DNA of 64,000 nucleotides from Patescibacteria group bacterium (GCA_034716415.1 JAYEJB010000043.1:705-64704), one strand, 5' to 3'; numbered from the stretch's first letter, positions 1 to 9,597 are shown. Notes: generated from the letters alone by a model not told the origin. Program-made: numbers and translations.

Positions 1-222
1 GAGGAGCGGAGCGACGCGGCAATCCCGTTCTTAGTATGCTCGCGCACAGCCGAGGAAGGTCCTACCTTTCTTGTCATTGCGAGCGAAGCCACGTCGTTCG
101 CGAACGATATGGCGAAGCGCGGCAATCCCGCCCCCCCTTTTTGTCATTGCGCCCCGCCCATGGCGGGATCCAGCCTTCTTTGATTAAAGATATGTGGCGG
201 GAAGCGAAGCGCGGCAATCCCG
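1..222. repeat. Cluster of three partial REP/RPE-like palindromic elements (GTCATTGCG...GCAATCCC family)
   Basis: Motifs gaggagcggagcgacgcggcaatccc (1-26), tgtcattgcgagcgaag...gcggcaatccc (72-129) and ttgtcattgcgccccgccc...gcggcaatccc (141-220). The same family recurs at 5669, 11078, 11794, 17051 and 25413. Confidence 0.85.
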
Positions 223-280
223 TTTCAATATCATGAACCATGAAAAAACCGATGCAGTGCATCGGCTCTTGGCGGCAAAG

Positions 281-577
281 TCACTTCCGCTTGGTGAAAC
301 GAATGGTCGGAAGCGTGAAATTCAGGCCCCAGACCTCATCGGTGGCGGTGAGGTCTTCTTCTCCGAGGTTCATGGGTTCTTCTTCCCCGAGCACATCTGC
401 AATGGCTTTTCGCTGTTCTTCCGACAGGATGGGGTTAAGGTTGTTGATCTCGCGCGGACGTCGGAAATTGCGGCAGACCTCGATCGCTACGATGCGGTTT
501 TCTTTCCACACCGCTCGATATTTTAGATCTGAATGTAGAAACAGCTGAAACAGCCGGTTCGACTTGCTGTCAGTCAT
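281..577 (-). CDS. hypothetical protein
   Basis: ORF with GAGGTG RBS before ATG at 577; no recognisable motif. Confidence 0.55.
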   Translation of the reverse strand: MTDSKSNRLFQLFLHSDLKYRAVWKENRIVAIEVCRNFRRPREINNLNPILSEEQRKAIADVLGEEEPMNLGEEDLTATDEVWGLNFTLPTIRFTKRK

Positions 578-677
578 GCGACACCTCTTTGTGTGCAATA
601 TCTCAAATTACCACTGATTCATCCGTCGGTCAAAAAGAAAACGCGCTCCGTGCGCGTTGATAATACAATCGACCGCG

Positions 678-944
678 TCAGGCTTTCGGGAACCTGACGT
701 TTTTTGCCTCGAAGATGATGTAGCGTTCTTGCGGATCGATCGGCCAATCCCAATCGATTTCCACGCCGATATCGGTGTCGAGTTCGACCCCAAGGACATC
801 TTTCAATCGGAGAAGCTGCTCGAGTGTAGTAAGCGCCTTGGACATGACGGCGAATCTGACGCCTCGCTCGATCCAGTCTTCCTCGAGATTACATGCGCCC
901 GGAAAGATTTGCGCTATTCCTTTTGCGAAATAACCGTTCATCAT
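678..944 (-). CDS. hypothetical protein
   Basis: ORF with GGAGGT RBS before ATG at 944; acidic small protein, no motif. Confidence 0.55.
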   Translation of the reverse strand: MMNGYFAKGIAQIFPGACNLEEDWIERGVRFAVMSKALTTLEQLLRLKDVLGVELDTDIGVEIDWDWPIDPQERYIIFEAKNVRFPKA

Positions 945-1060
945 TACCTCCTGTTCCGGCGGGAACAGTCGAAGACCAGCCAGAATGGAATAAATATACT
1001 TACTTTCTACACAGATGTCAACCTTGAATCCACCCCAAAATAAGGGTACAATCCAGGCAT

Positions 1061-2524
1061 ATGTCAGGAGGCAAAGTGGTGCGGAACACCTCATATCTCG
1101 TGATGGCTTTCGTGGGTCAGAAAGTGCTGACCTTCGTTTATTTTACGGTCATCGCGCGGACAGTCGGCGTGGAAGGTGCGGGTCGCTATTTCTTGGCGGT
1201 CAGCTTCACTACGATGTTCTCGATTTTCGTGGATCTGGGGCTCGCTAACGTCCTGGTCCGCGAGATCGCCAAGTTTCCGGATAAGGCGAAGAGCCTGCTA
1301 GCGAACGTGCTGGGCATCAAACTGATGCTCGCGGTCCTGACTGTCGCCGCCGCGCTCGTCACCGCCCGCCTGCTCGACTACCATCCGCAGACCACGCTTA
1401 TGATCTCCATCGCCTGCGCGGTGATGGTGCTCGACTCCATGCATCTCGTGCTCTACGCCGCGATGCGCGGCTTCCAGAATCTCAAATACGAGGCGGTCGG
1501 AGTCGTGACCGGGCAGATCGTCATCATCACGGTCGGCAGCACGTTCCTGTACCTCAAGATGCCCCTGCATTTCCTGGTCGTGGCTCTCCTCTGCGGCAGT
1601 ACCTGGAACGTGATCTGGGCGGTCTGGTCGTTGAAGCGCCGTTTCGGTGTCCTACCCTCGTTCCGCATCGACCGTCCGATGGCCAGGTTCCTGTGGGGCG
1701 TCACCATACCGTTCGCGTTTGCCGGCATCTTCTCGCGCGTCTACAGCTACATCGATTCGATCATGATCTCGAAACTGATCAGCGAAGCCGCAGTCGGACT
1801 CTACGGCGTTGCCTATAAGATCGCTTTCGCCTTCCAGTTCATGCCAATGGCGTTCGCGGCCGCGCTCTACCCCGCGATGAGCGAGCAGTACGTGACTGAC
1901 CGCAAGAAACTCGGCGCGCTCCTGACCGTCTCGATGAACTATCTGATGCTCATCGCCGTGCCGATCGCGTTCGGTGTCGCCACGCTCGCCGAAGAGTTCA
2001 TTCTCATGCTCTACGGTCCGGAGTTTCTCGGGTCGGTCATGCCACTGCAGATCCTGATGTTTTCGCTCATCTTCGCTTTCCTGTATTGGCCGGGTGGGTC
2101 GCTCCTGAATGCCACTGACCGTCAGGCTTTGAACACCGCAGTCATGGGAACCACGATGGTCCTTAATATCGTCCTCAATGCGATACTCATTCCACGCCTG
2201 GGAATAGTCGGAGCCGCGTTTGCCGCTCTCGCCGGCAACGCCCTGTTGTGGGCCGGTGCCATGTGGTTCTCACGTAAGGTGGTGCGTGTCGACAAGCGGG
2301 CCTTCTTCAAGATGGCGTTCAAGACGCTCTTCGCGGGCATCGTCATGTCGGCCGCGCTCGTGGCGCTACGGGACCGCACGCACGTCGCACTGCTCGTTCC
2401 GCTCGCCGCGTTCGTCTATACCGGCGCGCTGTTCGCGGTCGGCGGTGTGACGCTCAAGGAAGTCCGCGTCATCCTCGATGTCCTAAGGAAGAAGGGTAGG
2501 GGAGTAAGCGATCTGATCCCATGA
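1061..2524 (+). CDS. polysaccharide flippase (Wzx/MOP superfamily)
   Basis: 487 aa polytopic membrane protein; 'DLGL', 'IDSIMISKL...AVGLYGVAYKI' and 'NAILIPRLGIVGAAFA' are typical flippase motifs; heads a glycosyltransferase operon. Confidence 0.9.
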   Translation: MSGGKVVRNTSYLVMAFVGQKVLTFVYFTVIARTVGVEGAGRYFLAVSFTTMFSIFVDLGLANVLVREIAKFPDKAKSLLANVLGIKLMLAVLTVAAALVTARLLDYHPQTTLMISIACAVMVLDSMHLVLYAAMRGFQNLKYEAVGVVTGQIVIITVGSTFLYLKMPLHFLVVALLCGSTWNVIWAVWSLKRRFGVLPSFRIDRPMARFLWGVTIPFAFAGIFSRVYSYIDSIMISKLISEAAVGLYGVAYKIAFAFQFMPMAFAAALYPAMSEQYVTDRKKLGALLTVSMNYLMLIAVPIAFGVATLAEEFILMLYGPEFLGSVMPLQILMFSLIFAFLYWPGGSLLNATDRQALNTAVMGTTMVLNIVLNAILIPRLGIVGAAFAALAGNALLWAGAMWFSRKVVRVDKRAFFKMAFKTLFAGIVMSAALVALRDRTHVALLVPLAAFVYTGALFAVGGVTLKEVRVILDVLRKKGRGVSDLIP

Positions 2525-3690
2525 GACCGATATTGCTGGTGACAATCGAATATCCGCCGCAGCGTGGGGGCATCGCCACGTATTTGGCGCACATCGCCGA
2601 GAATTTGCCGCACGGCAACATCATCGTACTCGCGCCGGAGATGAAGAGTACGCACGAGTACGACATGAACGCCGGAGTGCCGATCTACCGCTACAAGATG
2701 CTGTGGAAGTATATGCGCCCGCGTTGGCTCCTGGCGTTCTATTGGACTTGGCGGATGTGCCGCAAGGACCGGCCGTCGATGGTGATGGTGAGCCATCTGC
2801 TGAACATGGGTAAGGTCGCGCTCGGCATCAAGCGGGTCCTGGGTATTCCCTACGGTGTCATCCTGCACGGTTATGACGTAGCGCAAGCCAAATCCACGAC
2901 CTACGGGCGGCGTCTGGCCGCGCGGGAGATACTCGGCGGAGCGTCGCTCGTCGTCTGCAACAGCGTGTATACGGGTACGTGGGCCCAGTCGCTCGGCGTG
3001 GATGAGTCGCGCATCGCGTACGTGAATCCGCCGCCGTGGTTGCCGCTCGACACGAAGGCCGATGCGGGAGAGGTCGCCCAGTTCAGGAAAATACATGAAC
3101 TCGACGGCAAGTTCACGCTGTTGTACGTCGGCCGGCTGGTGAAACGAAAAGGCGTCGATACGTGCATCAAGGCGGTGGCCAAACTGCGCGCCGAGGGCTG
3201 TGACGTCAAGTACATCGTCATCGGAGACGGTCCGGACAAGGGGCGGCTCAAGAAGATGGCCATGGACGCGAACGTCGCGGACCATGTCGTGTTCACCGGC
3301 ATGATGAATCCGAATAGGCTGTCGATCCCGTATACCGCGTGCGACGCGTTCGTCATGGTTCCGAGGAGCCTCGACGGCGGCAATATCGAGGGCTACGGCA
3401 TCGTCTATCTGGAGGCCAATATCTTCGGCAGGCCGGTCATCGGTTCCAGGACCGGCGGGGTTCCGGAAGCGGTGATCGACGGGGAGACCGGGTTGTTGGT
3501 CGAGCCGGGTGACGTGGACGGTCTGGTGAAGACGGTCAGGAAGCTCATGAACGACGAATCCCTGCGGAAGAAGCTCGGTGAGGGCGGTCGGGCACGGCTC
3601 GAAAAGGATTATGGCGACAACCGGCAGGCGCGGCGGTTCCTGGCGGCCGTACGGCGCGCCATCGGCGTGACTAAGGAGTATGAAGAGTGA
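2521..3690 (+). CDS. glycosyltransferase family 4 (GT-B)
   Basis: 'YPPQRGGIATY', 'VGRLVKRKG', 'EGYGIVYLEA...GGVPEAVIDGETGLLV'. Confidence 0.93.
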   Translation: MRPILLVTIEYPPQRGGIATYLAHIAENLPHGNIIVLAPEMKSTHEYDMNAGVPIYRYKMLWKYMRPRWLLAFYWTWRMCRKDRPSMVMVSHLLNMGKVALGIKRVLGIPYGVILHGYDVAQAKSTTYGRRLAAREILGGASLVVCNSVYTGTWAQSLGVDESRIAYVNPPPWLPLDTKADAGEVAQFRKIHELDGKFTLLYVGRLVKRKGVDTCIKAVAKLRAEGCDVKYIVIGDGPDKGRLKKMAMDANVADHVVFTGMMNPNRLSIPYTACDAFVMVPRSLDGGNIEGYGIVYLEANIFGRPVIGSRTGGVPEAVIDGETGLLVEPGDVDGLVKTVRKLMNDESLRKKLGEGGRARLEKDYGDNRQARRFLAAVRRAIGVTKEYEE

Positions 3691-4390
3691 AGCGCCGACA
3701 ATCAGCATCGTCATTCCGGCTTATCAGCATGCACGCGAGCTGCCGGCGTGCCTTCGGAGTATCCTGGAGCAGACGTATACGGATTATGAGATCATCCTGG
3801 TCAATGACGGCAGCACGGACGGCACGGAGAAGGCGCTCGAGCCGTTCATGGATCGCATCACCTACATCAGTCAGGAGAACAAGGGCGGCAACGCGGCCAG
3901 GAACAGGGGATTCATGCAGGCGGCGGGGCGGTATCTACTTTTCTGTGACGCCGATATCGTGATGCGTCCCGACTGTCTTTCGAAGATGCTACGCGCGCTC
4001 GAGACGACCCCGGACGCGTCTTATGCCTATTGTTCGTTCCGTTACGGCTGGAAGAAGTTCCGGTTGTGGCCGTTCGATGCCGACAGGTTGCGCCAGCTGA
4101 ATTATATCCATACCACCTCGCTCATCCGACGGGAGCATTACCCCGGATTCGACGAATCGATCCGTAAACTGCAGGATTGGGATCTGTGGCTGACGATGCT
4201 CGCGGAGAATCATGTCGGAATCTGGATTTCCGAATACCTGTTCACTGCCATTCCGCACAAAGGCGGCATCAGCACCTGGGTGCCGGGCATCTTTTATCGC
4301 ATCCCATGGCGCAAGCTAGGGATCCGCATGCGTTCGGTCGAGAAGTTCCAGGAAGCGGAAGTGATCATCAGGAAGAAACATGGGTTATGA
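3680..4390 (+). CDS. glycosyltransferase family 2
   Basis: 'ISIVIPAY', 'VNDGSTDGT', 'ARNRG', 'FCDAD', 'QDWDLW'. Confidence 0.92.
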   Translation: MKSEAPTISIVIPAYQHARELPACLRSILEQTYTDYEIILVNDGSTDGTEKALEPFMDRITYISQENKGGNAARNRGFMQAAGRYLLFCDADIVMRPDCLSKMLRALETTPDASYAYCSFRYGWKKFRLWPFDADRLRQLNYIHTTSLIRREHYPGFDESIRKLQDWDLWLTMLAENHVGIWISEYLFTAIPHKGGISTWVPGIFYRIPWRKLGIRMRSVEKFQEAEVIIRKKHGL

Positions 4391-4472
4391 GCTTAAAAGC
4401 TAAACAGCTAAAAAGTCTAAAAGAATCGATTCCTTATAGCTTTTCAGCTTTTGGACTTTTCAGCTTTTAAGC
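4390..4472. repeat. inverted array of 8-nt periodic repeats
   Basis: gcttaaaa/gctaaaca/gctaaaaa/gtctaaaa followed by ttttcagc/ttttggac/ttttcagc/ttttaagc. Confidence 0.8.
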
Positions 4473-4478
4473 TTCGAT

Positions 4479-5345
4479 ATGGATCTATCGATCGTCATAC
4501 TCAACTGGAAGGTGAAGGAGCTGTTGCGGCAGTGTCTGCTTTCGGTATATCGGTATACGAACGGACTCGATTTTGAAGTCATCGCAGTCGACAACGATTC
4601 ACGGGACGGTAGTGTGGAGATGGTGATGAAGGAATTCCCGCAGGCGCAGGTCATCGCGAACAACCGGAATCTCGGTTTCGCGGCCGGCAACAACCCGGGC
4701 ATCGAAGCGGCACGGGGTGAGTTCGTGCTTCTGTTGAATCCGGATACCGAGCTGATGGATAACGCGTTCGAGGCGATGGTTCGCGTCATGCGTGCCAATC
4801 CTGATGTGGCGGTGCTCGGGCCGACGCTGTTGAATACCGATCGCTCCTTGCAACCGTCAGTGCGGGGCTTCCCCACACCGTTGTCGCAGGTGCTCGTCAT
4901 GCTCAAGCTTCATAATTTCTTTCCCAGGCTCAAGCCGGTCATGGAATATTTTTCCAGCGGATTCGACTACCTCGCGCCGTCGAGCGTCGATCAGGTCATG
5001 GGTGCGGCGTTCATGGTCAGGCGGTCGGTGTTCGAGAAGCTGGGACTGCTGGACGAGCGGTTCTTCATCTGGTTCGAGGAGGTCGATTTCTGCAGACGTG
5101 CGGTCGACGCGGGTTATGGTGTGATGTACACGCCGAAAGCGCGTATCGTACATCATGGCGGTGAGAGTTTCGGGCAGGTGTTCGGTCCGAAGAGACAACA
5201 TTATTTGAATTCGAGCCTGCTGAAGTATATGCGAAAGCATTTCGGTCTTGTTGCGGCGATCGGGCTGGCGATACTCTATCCGGCATCCATGACACTGGCC
5301 TGGCTCGCTGAATTTTTCGGACTCAGCGGTACGGGGCGAAGATAG
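4479..5345 (+). CDS. glycosyltransferase family 2 (rhamnosyltransferase-like)
   Basis: 'SIVILNW', 'VDNDSRDGS', 'NLGFAAGNN', 'LLNPD', 'FEEVDFC'. Confidence 0.92.
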   Translation: MDLSIVILNWKVKELLRQCLLSVYRYTNGLDFEVIAVDNDSRDGSVEMVMKEFPQAQVIANNRNLGFAAGNNPGIEAARGEFVLLLNPDTELMDNAFEAMVRVMRANPDVAVLGPTLLNTDRSLQPSVRGFPTPLSQVLVMLKLHNFFPRLKPVMEYFSSGFDYLAPSSVDQVMGAAFMVRRSVFEKLGLLDERFFIWFEEVDFCRRAVDAGYGVMYTPKARIVHHGGESFGQVFGPKRQHYLNSSLLKYMRKHFGLVAAIGLAILYPASMTLAWLAEFFGLSGTGRR

Positions 5346-5350
5346 TTCAT

Positions 5351-6952
5351 ATGAACGACAAGGTCAGACTATTTCTCTTACTGGTCAGCGGATACGTGTT
5401 GTTGGAGCTGTTGTCCTGGATCGGCTATAACGATCCGATGTGGAGCAGCCTGTTCTTTTTTATCGTCGTCTTGGCGGTCGCTGTCTTGGCCTGGTTCAGG
5501 CCGGGTCTCGCCGTGGTCGTCGTGCTGGGAGAGCTGTTTGTCGGTTCACAAGGCGGTTACATGCTCACTGTCGGACCGGCGAACGTGGACGGGGCGATAT
5601 TATCTTTAAGAATGGGGCTATTTTTAGCCTTATTCGGACCATGGCTCGCGAGAACGGCATTAGGTCTTTTGTCATTGCGAGGAGCGGAGCGACGAAGCAA
5701 TCCCGACGAGATTGCCGCGGTCCCCCGGATCAAGTCCGGGGTCCCTCGCAATGACAAGGGGTTGGGATGGTATTACGTCATGAAGGAGACAAAGCTGCTG
5801 TGGCCGTACGTGGCGCTCCTCATGGTGTTCGCGTTCGGCGGACTGCGTGGCTTGCTGGCCGGCAACGGATTCGGTAACGTCTTTTTCGACGCCAATGGTT
5901 ACGCGTTCTTCGCGCTTTTTCCGGCGTTCATGGGAGGCTTGCGAGACCTGAGGGCGCGTCGTTTGATGTGGTACGTGCTCGCGGCTGCGGTCACCGTTTC
6001 AGTCGCCAAGGCGCTCGCTGTAATGTATTTCTTCTCGCACCGTCTTTACTACGTCGCAGCGAACATGTACTTGTGGGTCAGGGACACCAGGGTCGGGGAG
6101 GTGACTTTGACGGTCGCCGATTTCCATCGCGTGTTTTTCCAGTCGCATCTTTATGTTCTTGTGGCGATATTTACGGTCTTCCTGTTCGCGGCCAGCGCCA
6201 AGTCAATCAGAAAACCGGGTTTCTGGATCCCGTTCGGGTTGCTGGTCTGGGGAATTATCGCCATGGTACTGGGTCTGTCGCGTAGTTTTTGGTTCGGCGG
6301 ATTCATCGCGGCGCTGACGATGATTGGTCTGCTCATATGGACGAAGGCCGGGAAGGGCCTATGGGGTCGCATGGCGATCGTCGCGCCGGCTTCTCTTGTC
6401 CTGGCGATCGGTATCATCGCCGGAATCTACGCCTTCCCGTTTCCTACCAAGACCGGTGACCTGTCGTTCATGTCGATGTTGAGCGGGCGCGCGTTTTCAT
6501 TAGCTGGTGAGGCCGCCGCGAACAGCCGCTGGACCTTGCTGAAGGAGATGTGGCCGGCCGGCATGGAACACCCGATATTAGGGAGCGGTTTAGGCACCAC
6601 GGTCACATACAGGACCGAGGATCCGCGCCTCTTGGTCGACAACCCGACCGGCGAGTACACTACGTTCGCGTTCGAATGGGGCTACCACGACCTATGGGTC
6701 AAGTTCGGCGTGCTGGGCCTGCTGGTCTACGCCTGGCTCATTGCGGTCATTTTGACGCCGTATTTCGTGTCGTTGAAGATGTGGAAACGCGAAAGCGGCG
6801 CGAATCGCGCGGATGCCATCGTGTTGATAGGTATTATCTCCGGCATGGTAGCCATGCTCGCGACCAATGTTTTCAGCCCATACCTGAACCACCCGCTGGG
6901 AATCGGCCTGCTGATGGCTGTGGCGGCGATTGGGTATAAGAGAGGGGACTAA
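5351..6952 (+). CDS. O-antigen ligase/polymerase-like membrane protein (Wzy_C/WaaL family) carrying an in-frame palindromic insertion
   Basis: Multi-TM; 'LSRSFW', 'R...W...HPILGSGLG' and 'GYHDLWVKFGVLGL' fit the Wzy_C loop; last gene of the glycan operon. Confidence 0.8.
   Translation: MNDKVRLFLLLVSGYVLLELLSWIGYNDPMWSSLFFFIVVLAVAVLAWFRPGLAVVVVLGELFVGSQGGYMLTVGPANVDGAILSLRMGLFLALFGPWLARTALGLLSLRGAERRSNPDEIAAVPRIKSGVPRNDKGLGWYYVMKETKLLWPYVALLMVFAFGGLRGLLAGNGFGNVFFDANGYAFFALFPAFMGGLRDLRARRLMWYVLAAAVTVSVAKALAVMYFFSHRLYYVAANMYLWVRDTRVGEVTLTVADFHRVFFQSHLYVLVAIFTVFLFAASAKSIRKPGFWIPFGLLVWGIIAMVLGLSRSFWFGGFIAALTMIGLLIWTKAGKGLWGRMAIVAPASLVLAIGIIAGIYAFPFPTKTGDLSFMSMLSGRAFSLAGEAAANSRWTLLKEMWPAGMEHPILGSGLGTTVTYRTEDPRLLVDNPTGEYTTFAFEWGYHDLWVKFGVLGLLVYAWLIAVILTPYFVSLKMWKRESGANRADAIVLIGIISGMVAMLATNVFSPYLNHPLGIGLLMAVAAIGYKRGD
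5669..5757. repeat. complete palindromic element inserted in-frame in a CDS
   Basis: 14-bp terminal inverted repeat ttgtcattgcgagg...cctcgcaatgacaa; read as LSLRGAERRSNPDEIAAVPRIKSGVPRNDK. Confidence 0.88.
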
Positions 6953-7030
6953 AATGGTAAGCTCGACTATAGATTAAAGACCTAACCCCATCGTCGCTGT
7001 TCAATCTCGATATATCAATAATCTATCAAT

Positions 7031-7825
7031 ATGTCCTCGAGTAACCCATTTATTTTTACCTCTTCGAAAATCTATTTAAAGTTGCTGCTGCTGTCCGCTA
7101 GTATTGTGTTGACCGGTGTGGGTTGCGTTTCCTTTGAGCGGTCTGCCGATATAGGCAGCAGGACGGCTGACAATCAGCAACAATGGACCGCAGTAGAATT
7201 CTGTACGAATATGAGTTCGGAAATAGAGGGTCGGGCGGCTTCCCTGCAGGTTGCGGATGAGCTTAGGCCGTATGTTGACGCCTGGCAGGCAATCATCATG
7301 AATCATTACGGCCTCTCCGAGTCGGAAATGGGCAACATGTTTCTCCTGGCAGACGTCATTCATTTCCCAAAACAATCTTCGGGCAGGATGACCGTGAGCA
7401 TAAGATATGTGGTGAAGGCTGGCGACGTCTATTTCAAACCGCTATCGCTTGACTTTGAAGCTAGAGCTGACGAGGTCGGTCAGATGACGGGCGCTCAAAT
7501 CAAAGACTATCTGATAGGCAAGTATGTCGCGCAGAGTCTAGATGCAGAAGACCCAACCCAGCAGATAATCGTAATGGATGGCATCAATTTAGGGCTCGCC
7601 AAATCCGCGATTAATCAGGTGAGTCAGAAGTCCTGCGCACAATACGCGACGCTCCTCAAGAGCTGCGATGCGGTAGTCAAACCGATCGACTTCATTATTA
7701 AGCCCGGATTGAACAAGGCGTGGCTGTCGGCTGGCGGTCGCAGCGGCGACCAATGTTATTCTGCGACAGTCGATCTTTTTTCGAGCCAGGTGGACTGCGG
7801 TAGACCGACTCCGTGCAGCATTTGA
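7031..7825 (+). CDS. hypothetical lipoprotein (Cys-containing)
   Basis: Hydrophobic N-terminus with lipobox-like 'GVGC'; lower GC than flanks; followed by a terminator at ~7874-7902. Confidence 0.7.
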   Translation: MSSSNPFIFTSSKIYLKLLLLSASIVLTGVGCVSFERSADIGSRTADNQQQWTAVEFCTNMSSEIEGRAASLQVADELRPYVDAWQAIIMNHYGLSESEMGNMFLLADVIHFPKQSSGRMTVSIRYVVKAGDVYFKPLSLDFEARADEVGQMTGAQIKDYLIGKYVAQSLDAEDPTQQIIVMDGINLGLAKSAINQVSQKSCAQYATLLKSCDAVVKPIDFIIKPGLNKAWLSAGGRSGDQCYSATVDLFSSQVDCGRPTPCSI

Positions 7826-7984
7826 TGCAAGTTGAATTGAGTTCTGAACGCGTCCAAGACAGGCAACCAACAAGAAAAACTCGCCTTGCGCGGGCTTTTT
7901 TTATCGTTTAATGAGGTGGGTATAGGGTCAGAGTGTACTAAATACACAGTAATCAGTTCGCTGAACGGGAGCTAACAATAATCT

Positions 7985-8042
7985 GGGGTCAGATCTTTAA
8001 TCTTTAGTTTTTCCGTTGATTCAAGATTAAAGACCTGACCCC
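7985..8042. repeat. short palindromic MITE/REP-like element (GGGGTCAG...CTGACCCC family)
   Basis: ggggtcagatctttaatct ... agattaaagacctgacccc; related copy at 9979-10037, half copies at 6971-6989 and ~9808-9825. Confidence 0.8.
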
Positions 8043-8052
8043 GAAGCAGGTT

Positions 8053-8100
8053 GGCCTGCTGATGACCGTTGCGGCAATAGGATACAAAAACAGGAACTAA
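8053..8100 (+). pseudogene. orphan duplicate of the last 15 codons of the O-antigen ligase-like gene
   Basis: Encodes GLLMTVAAIGYKNRN* versus GLLMAVAAIGYKRGD* at 6905-6952; same distance to the stop. Confidence 0.8.
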
Positions 8101-8124
8101 GTTCGAATCCTAGTCTCGTAGCCA
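8101..8124 (+). other. tRNA 3'-end remnant (att-like; Gln-like)
   Basis: GTTCGAATCCTAGTCTCGTAGCCA = T-loop, T-stem 3' arm, acceptor 3' strand, G73 and CCA; no 5' half upstream. Confidence 0.6.
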
Positions 8125-8290
8125 AAGCATTGCGGTGCATATGGACCCAGTAGGGTGCCCTAAATATGGGGCTGTCATATGGACCGGAGTGCTATGACCA
8201 ACCGAAAACCCGGGGTGTAGACCTCGGGTTTTTGCATTGACAGTTGCTAGTCAAAATGCGAAGGTCTTATTGGCTAACTGTACATGAAAT

Positions 8291-8560
8291 ATGGTGCTTA
8301 GAACTCAAATCGCTAAAATTAGCAGATACATAAAGGGTCTTTGGTTCAATGCACGCACGTCAAATCTGCGAGCAGTTTTTGATGATGATTTGGATCAGCT
8401 TATTGATTCTCTGGGTTTGCGCGATCAGTTTGAATCTGGAAACATTCGATGCGGTTTCTGTAATGAAGTAATTACGTTCGATAATTTGCGCGCATTGACC
8501 AAGATCAAGGATGAAATTGTGGTAATTTGTGATAAAGCACAGTGTATTGATCGAATATGA
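8291..8560 (+). CDS. small hypothetical protein with putative Zn-binding Cys motif
   Basis: CGFC ... CDKAQC; low GC; ATGA overlap with the next gene. Confidence 0.7.
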   Translation: MVLRTQIAKISRYIKGLWFNARTSNLRAVFDDDLDQLIDSLGLRDQFESGNIRCGFCNEVITFDNLRALTKIKDEIVVICDKAQCIDRI

Positions 8561-9597
8561 TGCAAAGTGCATGGGAATTTATAAAGAGTATCTTGACAGT
8601 AATTGGCGGCCTGTATGTTCTTCTGCGTGCCGTAAATTTGTTTTTTGGAGAAGTAAAAAAGTTCAATGAAATAAGGGCTCGGTTTTTGGAATGGTTATTG
8701 GGCTTTTTTCGGCACCGAGGACTTGTAAAGGCGGCCGTTGCGAGTGATATCGAACAAAACGTTAATGAAATCGTCAGTGATTTACAGGAGGAGTTGCCAC
8801 TCGGTTGGATATCTCGGACATCAATTAAATGGGTACGTGATGCGAGCGCCGAAACTTTGGGGGACGGGGAAGTGATAATTAGGCTGCGTCCGCTTGAGAG
8901 CCAAGATCTTAATTTCCTAACAGCGCTCAACGTATTTTTTCAGAAGTCAGTTTATCCAAAGCTTAAAACAGTCGTTCCAGAGAATGTATGCAAGGCTGTT
9001 GCTTTGAAGTTGTCACAGAGGACGATCAACGTTAAGAAACCATATCTCGAAGACAAATATAAGGAAGATGTCATGGAGCCAATTGTGCAAAATGATCCCA
9101 GTATCGCTTCATATATTGGTCGATATGAAAAAATTGATGAGAAAGGTTTTTTCACAGGTACGTTCATTCGCGAATCTAGTGAGATTGCGAGGAGGGCACA
9201 ATTCAAGGAATTAAGGAGTAGTATCGATAGTGAATTGGACTCCTTGCTAGAGCATATCGAAGCATTTTCTCAGCAGATATCTCCAGGACAACAAAAAAGA
9301 TCTGAAGAGTTATGGTACAGAGAAGGACCTGAAACTAGTTATGCGTTTTTATTGGTCGCGAATCCGGATCGCGTGGGAAATGCCGAACCATATATTAATC
9401 GTGCCAAGGTTAGGGCTGGTGTTGTTGAACGATTATATGTGTTCGGCGCCAGCGGGCAGGAATCATTTGCTCGGACTGTGATATCAATGATTGCAGCTTT
9501 GCCCGAATATGAACTGAAGGAGGTGTTTCAGCTATACCGTGATTATCGGGGTAATTTGGGTGGGATTGGTGCACTGTTAGTTTCTAGGAAGAAGTAA
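8557..9597 (+). CDS. hypothetical protein with N-terminal membrane anchor
   Basis: 346 aa low-GC ORF with one N-terminal hydrophobic helix; translationally coupled to the upstream ORF. Confidence 0.8.
   Translation: MMQSAWEFIKSILTVIGGLYVLLRAVNLFFGEVKKFNEIRARFLEWLLGFFRHRGLVKAAVASDIEQNVNEIVSDLQEELPLGWISRTSIKWVRDASAETLGDGEVIIRLRPLESQDLNFLTALNVFFQKSVYPKLKTVVPENVCKAVALKLSQRTINVKKPYLEDKYKEDVMEPIVQNDPSIASYIGRYEKIDEKGFFTGTFIRESSEIARRAQFKELRSSIDSELDSLLEHIEAFSQQISPGQQKRSEELWYREGPETSYAFLLVANPDRVGNAEPYINRAKVRAGVVERLYVFGASGQESFARTVISMIAALPEYELKEVFQLYRDYRGNLGGIGALLVSRKK

Noticed and set aside
36-262. Short ORFs over the palindromic repeats (also 11004-11198, 45895-46125, 46125-46373)
   Set aside because: Translations of repeat DNA with no RBS or protein-like features.
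2416-3714. 432-aa minus-strand ORF and similar long antisense ORFs (21893-22969, 57077-58102, 61569-62366)
   Set aside because: They mirror well-supported genes on the opposite strand, as expected from GC-rich codon bias.
8101-8124. Intact tRNA gene
   Set aside because: Only the T-arm and acceptor 3' strand are present; the upstream sequence is the duplicated ligase tail.
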